A stretch of 64,000 bases of DNA. Source: an uncultured bacterium. GTDB lineage: Bacteria; Acidobacteriota; HRBIN11; JAKEFK01. Both the position numbers and the translations under genes were made by a program. This document shows, one piece after another, positions 21,460 to 31,140 of this stretch (position 1 is its first letter; the number at the start of each line of letters is the position of its first letter). The notes beneath the pieces were generated by a model that saw only the letters and a program-made list of their open reading frames with translations, searched no databases and was not told the DNA's origin. The DNA lies in the NCBI GenBank assembly GCA_963777505.1, contig CAVZQN010000001.1, forward strand, positions 640,001 to 704,000. Reading direction: 5' to 3'.

Positions 21460-23163
21460 TTATGGTGGGGGTTGATTCAATATTTTCTCAAGTTCCTTTA
21501 ACAATTGTTGTTCATCCATCGCCGGACCGACAGAATTCCCTTCCATAATCGTAGCTAATAAAGATTCCATTGAACCTTCACCGATATCTGCATCACCATG
21601 CTCTTCTTCCATCCAGTGTTTGAAAACTGCTTCGAGTTTTTCTTTATTCTGGGGCTGAATTGACTGAGCTGTCTCTTTAAAATCATAAGGCCCTGCTGTT
21701 TGAAACCAGAACTTGGTGTAATACTTTTTCATCGTTGCAAAGAACGCTTCATCTCCCATCGTTTTACGAATATTGTCGAATGCAAGCGCACCTTTGCCAT
21801 AAACAATCGCAGAATATTCAAGAGGTCCGTTATAAGCAGAAGCGGGAAGCAGCACAGGCTGATCGGATCCGCCAAGCATTCGGTGCATTTGATAATTCAA
21901 TTTCATTTGCATCGCCATCTGTTTTTCCGCAGCTTCACGGCCATAAAAATGTTCGAAATATAAAACTGCTGAATAATTCGCCATCGCTTCATCAATGAAC
22001 GGATATTTTTTTGAATTGCTTCCAACGACAGCATTCCACCATTGATGAGCAACTTCATGTGCAACCACAAACTCGAGGAGCTGATCAAAAACCGGGCTTT
22101 GTGATAACAATTGTTGAATCGTGCTTGAATCAAAAGCCGCTTCATCTTCTTTGTAGAGTATGGAAGATACAGTAACGAGGCCTGGAAACTCTACTCCGCC
22201 GGCACCGCCATACAATGGAGCTTCGACAATATCCAGTTCTGAATATGGATAGGGCCCAAATTCCTGATAAAAATATTCAAAAGCCTTAACAGCAGTATCC
22301 AGAGCTTTTTCTCCGCTGCCGCGATGCTTCGATAAATAATAGGAACGGATTGATGTTTGGCCTCGAATTGCATTTTTTTGTTCGAATTGATCGCTGAGTT
22401 CAACCACAAAATCACGAGTCAATTTCGCTTCGATATGATGCACAAGCTTGCCTTCTTTGCCAGGGACTTTCTTAACAGCTGATCCGGTTGTAACCACTTG
22501 ATATGCCGCCGGTGCGCTAATTCGAACATTGAAAGAAGCTGGATCAAAATAACTGACATCGCCAATTCCTGCATAGGCTTCTTCATCCCAACCTTCTTTA
22601 TCAAATTTTGAAAGAGCTACATACCAGAGTCCAAGATTCAAAATGTCTTTGTTTGAACTAAAAATTCCATAATCAGGCTGCTCTTCTTTAGGATTGAGAA
22701 TATTTGTGAGTTGATCCATTGCTTGGGAAAAAAGGTCTTTCGCTCCTGATTGTTGTGGGATTTCCGCTTGAAAATCAAATTCCACGGTAACAGTCTGTGA
22801 AGTCTGAAGCGCTTCTTTTAAATAAACTCGCAAGGAAGGCCCTTTTTCTTCAATTTTCGCCGCAACGCCATTCGCAGTTACATTCGTTACAGTTAGAAAG
22901 GGGTCCCGTGATTTCGTTAAGGCCGGGTCATTAGGATAAATAAAAAATAGCAGGTAATTTGTGGATTTTTCCTGGCGATTTGTAAATGAAACTTTTTGAT
23001 GGCCGGAGTATTTCAATCCTTTTGGATCAATGTCCACATTAATGTCATAAATGGCGATGGGCAATAAAGTCGCAGCCTGTTTTTGCGCCAATCTCGTGAG
23101 TGAAGCTGAGGCAGACTGGATTACAAATAAACTTATAAAAATTGAGAATACGATCCCTTTCAT
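21460..23163 (-). CDS. Secreted M1-family zinc aminopeptidase
   Basis: Signal peptide; GGVEFPG, AHEVAHQWW...DEAMA, VYGKG. Confidence 0.9.
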   Translation of the reverse strand: MKGIVFSIFISLFVIQSASASLTRLAQKQAATLLPIAIYDINVDIDPKGLKYSGHQKVSFTNRQEKSTNYLLFFIYPNDPALTKSRDPFLTVTNVTANGVAAKIEEKGPSLRVYLKEALQTSQTVTVEFDFQAEIPQQSGAKDLFSQAMDQLTNILNPKEEQPDYGIFSSNKDILNLGLWYVALSKFDKEGWDEEAYAGIGDVSYFDPASFNVRISAPAAYQVVTTGSAVKKVPGKEGKLVHHIEAKLTRDFVVELSDQFEQKNAIRGQTSIRSYYLSKHRGSGEKALDTAVKAFEYFYQEFGPYPYSELDIVEAPLYGGAGGVEFPGLVTVSSILYKEDEAAFDSSTIQQLLSQSPVFDQLLEFVVAHEVAHQWWNAVVGSNSKKYPFIDEAMANYSAVLYFEHFYGREAAEKQMAMQMKLNYQMHRMLGGSDQPVLLPASAYNGPLEYSAIVYGKGALAFDNIRKTMGDEAFFATMKKYYTKFWFQTAGPYDFKETAQSIQPQNKEKLEAVFKHWMEEEHGDADIGEGSMESLLATIMEGNSVGPAMDEQQLLKELEKILNQPPP

Positions 23164-23318
23164 CTTTTTTCTAATACCCAGCCAATGTAGAATATTAAAC
23201 TTCCAATTCCTAATGCCGCCAGTTCGAACTTAATCAAACTATATTGAATGCCGAATAGAAAGCCTGAGGCAACAACAATAAGTCCCACAAGTTCGAGAAA
23301 CTTCCCAGTAGACTTCAT
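23160..23318 (-). CDS. 52-aa two-TM membrane protein (below the ORF-track cutoff)
   Basis: MKSTGKFLELVGLIVVASGFLFGIQYSLIKFELAALGIGSLIFYIGWVLEKR*; ATGA overlaps with both neighbouring genes. Confidence 0.8.
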   Translation of the reverse strand: MKSTGKFLELVGLIVVASGFLFGIQYSLIKFELAALGIGSLIFYIGWVLEKR

Positions 23319-23974
23319 TCTTGGTCATGAGCACAGGCGCCAATCCATTCCTCGCCTGATTCCGAAACTTCCTTTTTCCAGATCGGCACTCTGTGTTTTA
23401 ACTCATCGATGCAATATTTGCAGGCTTCCAGAGCTTCGCGACGATGCTCAGCCGAAACTGCGACAATCACCGCAAGATCACCAACATCAAGCTTGCCAAT
23501 CCGATGCTCAATTGCCACTTTTTTCAGCGGCCATCGGGAAAACATTTCTTCCACAATTTGATGAAGCTTCTTTTCAGCCATTGGAACATGACATTCATAG
23601 TGAAGATGACGAATCAATTTCCCTTCATTATGACGTCTTACTCGGCCAATGAATGTTGCGATTCCACCTGCTTCATCTTCCGAAACCGATTCGATCGCAC
23701 GTTCGACAGAAAGTGGGGTCTCATATATATATTTCGGCGCGCCTCCACTCACCGGAGGAAACAAAAGGAGTTGATCGCCATCTTTCAGCTGTGCCTCAGC
23801 AGAAACATATTCATCTCCTATTGCGAATAGCGGAGGAATAGGAGAAAGTTTCGGAAATTTTTCGCTGACAACTTTCCAGGCATCGTGGCAGGTCATGGAT
23901 TCACGAAAAGGCAGAGAAAGTTCACGCATTCCTGCATATTCTGCGAAAGCTGCAAAAAACTTGATAGTGATCAT
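23315..23974 (-). CDS. MoaD-MoaE fused molybdopterin synthase
   Basis: ThiS/MoaD domain ending PPVSGG fused to MoaE (HRIGKL, SAEHRREA, PIWKKE). Confidence 0.92.
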   Translation of the reverse strand: MITIKFFAAFAEYAGMRELSLPFRESMTCHDAWKVVSEKFPKLSPIPPLFAIGDEYVSAEAQLKDGDQLLLFPPVSGGAPKYIYETPLSVERAIESVSEDEAGGIATFIGRVRRHNEGKLIRHLHYECHVPMAEKKLHQIVEEMFSRWPLKKVAIEHRIGKLDVGDLAVIVAVSAEHRREALEACKYCIDELKHRVPIWKKEVSESGEEWIGACAHDQE

Positions 23975-23985
23975 GAAGGCAAATA

Positions 23986-25116
23986 CTAAACTTTTTCGCG
24001 CGGATCAAACAACTTCATATATTCATCAATCGCAAAACGGTCTGTCATACCAGCTATGTAATCGCAAATGACACGCTCTTTGCTATCCTGCTTCATCCGG
24101 TTACGAATATGAAGAGGCATCAGATCAGGATCTTCTTGATAAGCCTTAAAGAGCGCCTCCAGAATTCTGCGCGCCTTATGCTTCATTCGATTCACACGAA
24201 AGTGATTGTAGAGATTCTTATAAAGATGCACTTTTAATTCACGATGTTTATCGCCGATTTGATCGCTAAATGAAACAAGCATTCGTGGCGCTTTTCGAAT
24301 ATCCTCGAGCGTCTGAATTCCTTCTTTTTGGATTGTTCGTTTTATGTTTTCGATGAGATCAGTGACTTCCAAATTGATCAAATTGATAATCGTTGCATTG
24401 ATCAACAATTTCAGTGGCGCTGCAGGATGTTTTGATTTTGCCTCACGGAATAAATCTCCAAAAATCGGAATCTTCTCTACAAGTTCGTCAAGATTCAGCA
24501 GTCGAGACTCCAAACCATCATCTAAATCGTGATTGTTGTATGCAATTTCATCGCACAGATCCACAATTTGAGCCTCAAGCGGCGGTAAATCATCAAGAGC
24601 AAATCTTTTCAATGTGTCAGGTTGATTTTTCATCCCTTTATACACAGTGCTGTGTTTGACGATTCCTTCGCGCGACTCAAATGTCAGATTCAATCCTGTA
24701 AATTCAATGTATTTTTCTTCTAGCTGCTCCACGATTCGAAGCGTTTGCAGATTATGTTCAAATCCTCCGTAGGCTTTCATCAGTTCATCCAGAACATCTT
24801 GTCCGGAATGTCCAAAGGGAGGATGTCCCATATCGTGAGATAGCGCCAGAGCTTCAGCAAGATCGGAGTTCAGACCAAGATCGCGTGCGACCGTTCGAGT
24901 AATTTGGGCGACTTCCATGCTGTGAGTCAGGCGCGTTCGATAATGATCGCCTTCATGATTCACAAAAACTTGAGTCTTGTATTCCAATCGTCTGAATGCA
25001 CGAGAATGAATAATACGATCGCGATCTCTTTGAAACGGAGAACGATAGGGATGCTCAGGCTCTGGATAAACTCGACCCCGCGTTTGATCATCCCGAATTG
25101 CATATTGAGCAAGCAT
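23986..25116 (-). CDS. dgt: Deoxyguanosinetriphosphate triphosphohydrolase
   Basis: FQRDRDRI, RTRLTHSMEV, HDMGHPPFGH, DYIAGMTDRFA. Confidence 0.93.
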   Translation of the reverse strand: MLAQYAIRDDQTRGRVYPEPEHPYRSPFQRDRDRIIHSRAFRRLEYKTQVFVNHEGDHYRTRLTHSMEVAQITRTVARDLGLNSDLAEALALSHDMGHPPFGHSGQDVLDELMKAYGGFEHNLQTLRIVEQLEEKYIEFTGLNLTFESREGIVKHSTVYKGMKNQPDTLKRFALDDLPPLEAQIVDLCDEIAYNNHDLDDGLESRLLNLDELVEKIPIFGDLFREAKSKHPAAPLKLLINATIINLINLEVTDLIENIKRTIQKEGIQTLEDIRKAPRMLVSFSDQIGDKHRELKVHLYKNLYNHFRVNRMKHKARRILEALFKAYQEDPDLMPLHIRNRMKQDSKERVICDYIAGMTDRFAIDEYMKLFDPREKV

Positions 25117-25153
25117 AGATTCAATTTAACCGCAAAGCGTCGAATAAACAAAA

Positions 25154-26185
25154 TTACTCAGGGAGAACAACAATTTTTCCAAAGACGTTCCGGTCCTCCA
25201 TTTTTTCCTGCGCTTTACGTGTTTCTGAAAGCGGAAAGACTGAATCAATCACAGGACGAAGTTTGCCTTCACTGACAAATCGCAGCACTTCTTGCAAATC
25301 GCGTTTACCACCCATATAACTTCCAAGGATCGAAAGTTGCCGGCTATAAACGTAACGCAAGTCCATCTTCGCATTTGGACCCGAAGTTGCACCACACGTT
25401 ACAAGCCGGCCAAATCGGCTCAAGCTGAGAATATTCTTTTCCCAGTTTTCCTGACCTGTATGTTCAAATACCACATCCACCCCGCGCTTATTTGTGATCC
25501 TGCGGATCTCTTCCAGAAAATCTTTTTCTTTATAGTTAATTAAGATGTCTGCTCCAAGTTCCTTCGCTTTGTCTAGCTTTTCGTTTGTACTGGCAGTTGC
25601 TATCACGCGAGCGCCGATCAATTTTGCGATCTGAATGGCAGCAATTCCGACTCCGCTTCCGGCGGCCTGCACCAGGACATCTTCACCAACTCGAAGGCGC
25701 GCTCGATCAACTAGCATATGCCAGGCTGTTTGGAAAACGAGTGGAATGGATGCTGCCTGTTCATAAGAAAGCCCTGAGGGCATAGAGTACAAAGTATTTA
25801 CGGGTACTGAAACTTGCTCCGCCAGAGTTCCATAACGATGCACTCCTAACATGCCAAAAGAAAGGCAAAGACTATCCTGATTCTGCAAACAATATTCACA
25901 ACGTCCACAGGAAAAAGATGGGGTAATCATAACCGCATCGCCAGGTTTGAACTGAGTAACTCCGGTTCCAACACGCAATACATCTCCTGCGCCTTCACAG
26001 CCTGAAATATGAGGCAGCGGAGTTGGACGTCCCGGAATTCCTTTGCGAAGCCACAAATCAAGATGATTCAGCGCGGCAGCACGAACTTTGACTACAACTT
26101 CAAGGTCGCGAACTTCCGGCTCAGGTACAGATTCATAACGTAAGACTTCCGGCCCGCCATGCTCGTAAAAGATGATTGCTTTCAT
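25154..26185 (-). CDS. Zinc-binding MDR dehydrogenase/quinone oxidoreductase
   Basis: NHLDLW, structural Zn motif CGRCEYC...C, AAGSGVG; start at MKAIIF after GGAGG. Confidence 0.9.
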   Translation of the reverse strand: MKAIIFYEHGGPEVLRYESVPEPEVRDLEVVVKVRAAALNHLDLWLRKGIPGRPTPLPHISGCEGAGDVLRVGTGVTQFKPGDAVMITPSFSCGRCEYCLQNQDSLCLSFGMLGVHRYGTLAEQVSVPVNTLYSMPSGLSYEQAASIPLVFQTAWHMLVDRARLRVGEDVLVQAAGSGVGIAAIQIAKLIGARVIATASTNEKLDKAKELGADILINYKEKDFLEEIRRITNKRGVDVVFEHTGQENWEKNILSLSRFGRLVTCGATSGPNAKMDLRYVYSRQLSILGSYMGGKRDLQEVLRFVSEGKLRPVIDSVFPLSETRKAQEKMEDRNVFGKIVVLPE

Positions 26186-26199
26186 ATTTCCTCCGCTTA

Positions 26200-26268
26200 G
26201 TAGGGGCGGCTCTATGACCGCCCGCGACTCAATCTCAACAACTCGGGCGGTCAAAGACCCGCCCCTAC
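26200..26268. repeat. GTAG-type REP inverted doublet
   Basis: GTAGGGGCGGCTCTATGACCGCCCG ... CGGGCGGTCAAAGACCCGCCCCTAC. Confidence 0.8.
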
Positions 26269-26307
26269 TAAGCTGTCGCCCGAAATGTCATAATATATGG
26301 AAAAGTT

Positions 26308-28056
26308 ATGCAACGCTTAGTGACATTCCTGGTATTTCTAATTTTTGTTTCCGTATGCGTGGCACGTCCCGGCACAGAGCTGCTTCAACAGGGCATGAAA
26401 GATTACCAGCAAGGGAACTATGAAGCCGCAATTTCAAAATTGAAGAGTGCTACAGAACAACTGGATTCGGCTGAAGATAAGGCGTCCGCACATCTTGCTC
26501 TTGGCATCATTTACCAGCTTCTAAACGATGAAGAACAGGCTCGCGTTCAATTTGCAAAAGCAATCATTGTTAATCCAAATCTGAAATTAGATCGCGATTT
26601 TTATTCCGCAAAAACGATTGAATTGTTTGATCAAGCAAGATACGAAGGACTGGATCGAGTCAAAAAGGGAAAGAGTCTTTATTTGGAAGGAAAATATGAA
26701 CCGGCGATTGAGCAAATTAACACCGGTATCAATCTTCTACTAACAACGAGCCCTAAAATAGAACGTCATATCATCATTGATGGCTATCTTACTTCCGCAA
26801 AAATTTTTCAACTTATGGCGAAAAATAATCTCGCTGTATCCGAGTTTCAAAAAGCTTTACAGGTAAATCCAGAGCTCACCCTGGATCCTGAATTGTACTC
26901 GCAATCCACCATTGATTTGTTTCAACAGGCCAAGTCGGAAGGCGATCGTACAGTCTCAAAAGCGCGTGAGCTTCTTGCACAAAATAACTATTCAGATGCC
27001 ATCGAACTCATTGAACAAAATGACAACAAATATTATTCGAAATCAACTCGCAAAGAGGCAAACTACTTGCTTGCGGAGGCGTATTACTCCAGCAAACAAA
27101 CAGGCCGCGCCGAAACACTCGCAGCAGCAGTATTAAGAATGGATCCCGCCTTTTCTCCAGCATCGAATGTGAGCAACACGACCTTCAAAAATTTCTTCGA
27201 GGATCAACGGCGTAAAACAAATGGTGAAAAGAACAGAGTTCTAATCATTCGTGGTGCTGACAACCCTGTTCACACTTTGGCAATTGAAGGATTCAAGCAA
27301 GAAGTTTCGACCACTGAAACAAAAGAAACTGATGCTTCAAAAGCTGCTGAGGCAATTAAGAGTTTTAAACCGAAAGTCATTTTTGCAACCGGAGCAAATT
27401 CTCTTCAAGCTGTTCGCAAAACGGAAAAACAAGTTCCTGTAATTTTCGCTAACGTTTTAAAAACGGAAGCTGGAAATCTGATCAATAGCAACGTTGGGGG
27501 AATTTTTTGGGAAGTGCCAACCGAAGCCCAACTTTCGTTTCTTTATGGAGTTTTACCGAAAGGGAAACGGATCGGTGTTGTTTACAATCCGGATGTATCG
27601 GAAGCGAATTTGAACGAAGCTAAAGCTATCGCTCCGAAATATGGGTTTGAAATTATTGGACGAACAGCGAAAAGTTCGGGTCAGATGGAAGAAATACTTT
27701 CAGAATGGGAAGGAATCGATATCTTATGGGTTATTCCTGATAAATCCCTTGTGAATTCACCGGATGTATTCCGCAGAGTATTGGTAATCACAACGCAAAG
27801 AAGACTACCGGTCTTTGCTTATCATGAAGCCTTTGTAAAAGAAGGCGCACTTCTATCGGTCAGCAGTGACTTTGGTTTAATGGGAAAACAAGCAGGTGAA
27901 CTTGTTCAAAACCTGCTTGATCAAAAAACAGGAACAAACCTTCCGACACTTTCCCCGACCCTTTCGAAGCTTGCAATTAATTTGAAAACGGCGAAACGTT
28001 TGGGCATCGAAATTGATCCTAATGTTCTGATGAGCGCTGCCGTCGTATATAAGTAA
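26308..28056 (+). CDS. Exported TPR-repeat protein with C-terminal ABC-type substrate-binding domain
   Basis: Signal peptide, three TPR modules, then KRIGVVYNP...FVKEGAL...MGKQAG...INLKTAKRLGI. Confidence 0.85.
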   Translation: MQRLVTFLVFLIFVSVCVARPGTELLQQGMKDYQQGNYEAAISKLKSATEQLDSAEDKASAHLALGIIYQLLNDEEQARVQFAKAIIVNPNLKLDRDFYSAKTIELFDQARYEGLDRVKKGKSLYLEGKYEPAIEQINTGINLLLTTSPKIERHIIIDGYLTSAKIFQLMAKNNLAVSEFQKALQVNPELTLDPELYSQSTIDLFQQAKSEGDRTVSKARELLAQNNYSDAIELIEQNDNKYYSKSTRKEANYLLAEAYYSSKQTGRAETLAAAVLRMDPAFSPASNVSNTTFKNFFEDQRRKTNGEKNRVLIIRGADNPVHTLAIEGFKQEVSTTETKETDASKAAEAIKSFKPKVIFATGANSLQAVRKTEKQVPVIFANVLKTEAGNLINSNVGGIFWEVPTEAQLSFLYGVLPKGKRIGVVYNPDVSEANLNEAKAIAPKYGFEIIGRTAKSSGQMEEILSEWEGIDILWVIPDKSLVNSPDVFRRVLVITTQRRLPVFAYHEAFVKEGALLSVSSDFGLMGKQAGELVQNLLDQKTGTNLPTLSPTLSKLAINLKTAKRLGIEIDPNVLMSAAVVYK

Positions 28057-28109
28057 ACTTTTACCGCAAAGACGCAGAGTGCTAAAATGCTGGCAGGAAA
28101 AGGAGGGTT

Positions 28110-30083
28110 ATGAGAGTAGTCGCAATCCTCGGATTCGTGATTCTAATTGTTGGAAGTGCCACCGCTCAAGAATCGCAAGAAGTAACGCTTGAAGACATTT
28201 TTAATCTTGTTGCTGAAGGGAAAGTCATCACTGCAACCAGAACCGAACGCCTTCTAAAAACAGCACCACAAGCAGTTACAGTTATTACACGCAGTCAAAT
28301 CAGAGACCTCGGAGCTTCAACCATTGGTGAAGCCTTGCGCTTCGTTCCTGGAATGAACGCTCGAATAACCCCAATGGGAGGAGTTTTAGGAATTCGATCA
28401 CTCGGACCCTCTCCTTTTACTGAACGTGTTCTTTTCCTTATTGATGGCACGCCGTACAACAGTCCTGATAAGGGCGGCTATCCTGGTCATCCTGCATATG
28501 AAGATTTTTTCCCGATTGAACACGTCAAGCGCATTGAAGTGATTAAAGGTCCAGGTTCGGCGTTATACGGACAGAATGCATATTTCGGGATCGTTAATAT
28601 CATTACGGAAGATTTCAAAGATGATGGTACGCGTTCGGCCGTTATTCAAGCAGGAAGCCGGGATAATGCACGCTTCGCGATGAGTTACGGTGACACCGTA
28701 GGTGATTGGAATTATTCAATCACAGGCAAATACAAAACTCAAAGTGGACCAATGAGTTTTCTTGAAGAAACTGAAATCAAAAACGGTGACGTTTTTCTAA
28801 AAACGAACTATAAGGGTTTTGCACTCTCTTATTTATTTCACAAAGATGAAAGCAGTGAATTCACAATGGATTCCACACGCAACATCAGAACTACCGGCAC
28901 ACATCAGACATTGAACTTTATTGATGCATCGTATTCAAAGAAATTTTCGGAAGATTGGAACTGGCGCGTCAAAGGCTTTTTTAATCGCCGCGATGGGAAT
29001 ACCTGCGAAAGTTGTCACAATCCCTTGTCAGTAGGACATCCGGCGAATCTGGTTCAAAACGAGGATGAACTCAATCAGCGTCTGTTTTTCAATACGCAAT
29101 TGGATTGGATCGTTGCAAGTCATCGCGTCATTTTCGGTGTAGACGCTCAATCTGATAAAACAGAAAAAGATATCGCCAGGCTTGCGAATGCGGATGAAAC
29201 TGTCAACAATGTTGCCGGTTATGCCCAGGGCGAATTTAGTTTTGCGGATGGAAAAACAATTATTACTGCTGGAGTACGGCTGGATCAAAATGAAGTTACA
29301 GATACTTCAATTAGTCCAAGTATTTCAGGAGTTTTTCTTCCAACAACCAATCTTGTTTTAAGAACTTCCTATGGCCGCGCTTTTCGGCAGCCAACATGGA
29401 ATGATCTATTTATCGATATGAAGTTTCTTGCCGGCTTTCCAGATATAAGACTTACGGGAAATCCTGATCTGGAAACTGAAAAGATTGATACGTTCGAAGC
29501 TGGAATGGAATACTTTTTTAATCCTGAATTTTCCGCAAAAGCAGATTTTTTCTATAGTGACGTTCAAGACTTTATTGAAGTAAATGCAGGCTTGCCAACA
29601 GGGTCTACAATAAACCGCCAGAGCGACATTCAGCTAACAGGTGTCGAATTAGAAGCTCGCTACAGACCCAGTTCCAAATTTTCCGCGATTTTTGGCTACG
29701 CGCTGCAATCTACCGATTTGAATTCCAGTCTTCCGGGTCCAGATTCCGCAGGAGCCTATGCGCCTGAACATAAACTAACCGGGATTATCAATCTCACTCC
29801 TGTGGATTTACTCAGTTTTAATTTTGGAATCAACTATTGGGGTGAATTTGATTCCAGACGGTTTACTTCCGGGACAGTTAATTTCGGAGAAGAAGTTGGC
29901 GAACCATTTACCTACGCTAATTTTCAAACAATATTACACATCCCTGTGCAAGGTCAGAGATTGAATTTAGGCTTTCTGATTAAAAATGTTTTTGATGAAG
30001 AAGTTCAATTGACTCCGGCTGTCGGTGTTGATGATTCACTTTATGGAAGGGAATTCTACGGCTCACTCTCGTACGATTTTTAG
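28110..30083 (+). CDS. TonB-dependent receptor containing a CxxCH motif
   Basis: Plug domain (APQAVTVIT, RIEVIKGPGSALYG), NPDLETE, C-terminal YDF; CESCH at 29004-29018. Confidence 0.92.
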   Translation: MRVVAILGFVILIVGSATAQESQEVTLEDIFNLVAEGKVITATRTERLLKTAPQAVTVITRSQIRDLGASTIGEALRFVPGMNARITPMGGVLGIRSLGPSPFTERVLFLIDGTPYNSPDKGGYPGHPAYEDFFPIEHVKRIEVIKGPGSALYGQNAYFGIVNIITEDFKDDGTRSAVIQAGSRDNARFAMSYGDTVGDWNYSITGKYKTQSGPMSFLEETEIKNGDVFLKTNYKGFALSYLFHKDESSEFTMDSTRNIRTTGTHQTLNFIDASYSKKFSEDWNWRVKGFFNRRDGNTCESCHNPLSVGHPANLVQNEDELNQRLFFNTQLDWIVASHRVIFGVDAQSDKTEKDIARLANADETVNNVAGYAQGEFSFADGKTIITAGVRLDQNEVTDTSISPSISGVFLPTTNLVLRTSYGRAFRQPTWNDLFIDMKFLAGFPDIRLTGNPDLETEKIDTFEAGMEYFFNPEFSAKADFFYSDVQDFIEVNAGLPTGSTINRQSDIQLTGVELEARYRPSSKFSAIFGYALQSTDLNSSLPGPDSAGAYAPEHKLTGIINLTPVDLLSFNFGINYWGEFDSRRFTSGTVNFGEEVGEPFTYANFQTILHIPVQGQRLNLGFLIKNVFDEEVQLTPAVGVDDSLYGREFYGSLSYDF

Positions 30084-30973
30084 TTTATAGTTTGCCGCTT
30101 CAGTAATTCCAAAAGGCGTCGCGCTTTGTCAGAAGTGATGCTGCCTGATCGCGCAGCAAGCTCAACTGCTTCTTGACCTAAAACTCTGTAAGAATCCAAA
30201 ACCCCTGAAGGCAATTCTTCCAAAGTCTTCACATGTGTTTCAATTGTTTTTTCATCACCGCGTGAAATCGGTCCGGTTAACGCACTAGCAGTTCCAAACT
30301 CTTCAATGTTTTGCAGGGCACTTACCATCAAAGGAAGAAACGCTTGATACGAATCTTCAGGGGATTCTCCGATTTCTTCCATAATGGTGACTGCAAGATG
30401 AGCAAGAACGACCAGGTAATTTGCGGCAAAAACACTCGCAGCATGATAAAGCGGCTTACGAGCTGTTGGAATTAAAAGCAATTTGCCTTGCAGCTTGTCT
30501 ATAAGCTTGACCGCCCAACTCATCGCACGATCATTTCCTTCAATTGCATAATAAATGCCGGGCAATGTTTCGAGGGCTTTTTCCGGATTTGCGAAAACTT
30601 GAAGCGGATGAATCGATGCGATATCTGCACCTTTTTTGTGGAGAGGTTCGAGAATCGTTGATGCAATCGAACCGCTCGTATGAAAATAATAATGCCCAGC
30701 TAACGAACCTGGCACATCTGTATCGAGCGTTTGAACAACTTCTGAAAGCGCATCATCATTCGTTGTGATGAAATGGACTGTTCCCGAAGTTGCAGCTTCA
30801 ACAATGTCCGTCCCGGGCTCACCATCACCAATAAATTCTACTGCCGTTTCGGCATTCTTCAGATTCCGACACACTACCATACCAATTGGATAACCAGCGA
30901 TTCTACAGGCTTTCGCAAGCGTCCTCGCAACGCGTCCGCATCCTATCCATGAAATCTTTTCGAGCGATGTCAT
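30080..30973 (-). CDS. Rossmann-like plus DUF2520 oxidoreductase (PanG-like)
   Basis: GCGRVA, HTSGS, SIHPLQ, YHAA, LTGPISRGD. Confidence 0.85.
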   Translation of the reverse strand: MTSLEKISWIGCGRVARTLAKACRIAGYPIGMVVCRNLKNAETAVEFIGDGEPGTDIVEAATSGTVHFITTNDDALSEVVQTLDTDVPGSLAGHYYFHTSGSIASTILEPLHKKGADIASIHPLQVFANPEKALETLPGIYYAIEGNDRAMSWAVKLIDKLQGKLLLIPTARKPLYHAASVFAANYLVVLAHLAVTIMEEIGESPEDSYQAFLPLMVSALQNIEEFGTASALTGPISRGDEKTIETHVKTLEELPSGVLDSYRVLGQEAVELAARSGSITSDKARRLLELLKRQTIN

Positions 30974-31026
30974 ACCACTATTATGCTATTAAATCTTTAG
31001 TTTGTCGTTCCTTTGCGTCTCTGCGG

Positions 31027-31095
31027 TTAATTTTTTACCCCCAATTGGTTCAGCATAAGGGCATAATCGAATGCATCATCCTTCAGGGAATTATG
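31027..31095 (-). pseudogene. Relic copy of the ptrB 3' end
   Basis: Translates as HNSLKDDAFDYALMLNQLGVKN*, versus YDSLKEDAFDYAFMLAELGVTN* at the end of ptrB. Confidence 0.8.
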
Positions 31096-31140
31096 CTAAA
31101 CATCCTTCATTTTCCATGCTTATGATGATTAAATAATTCG

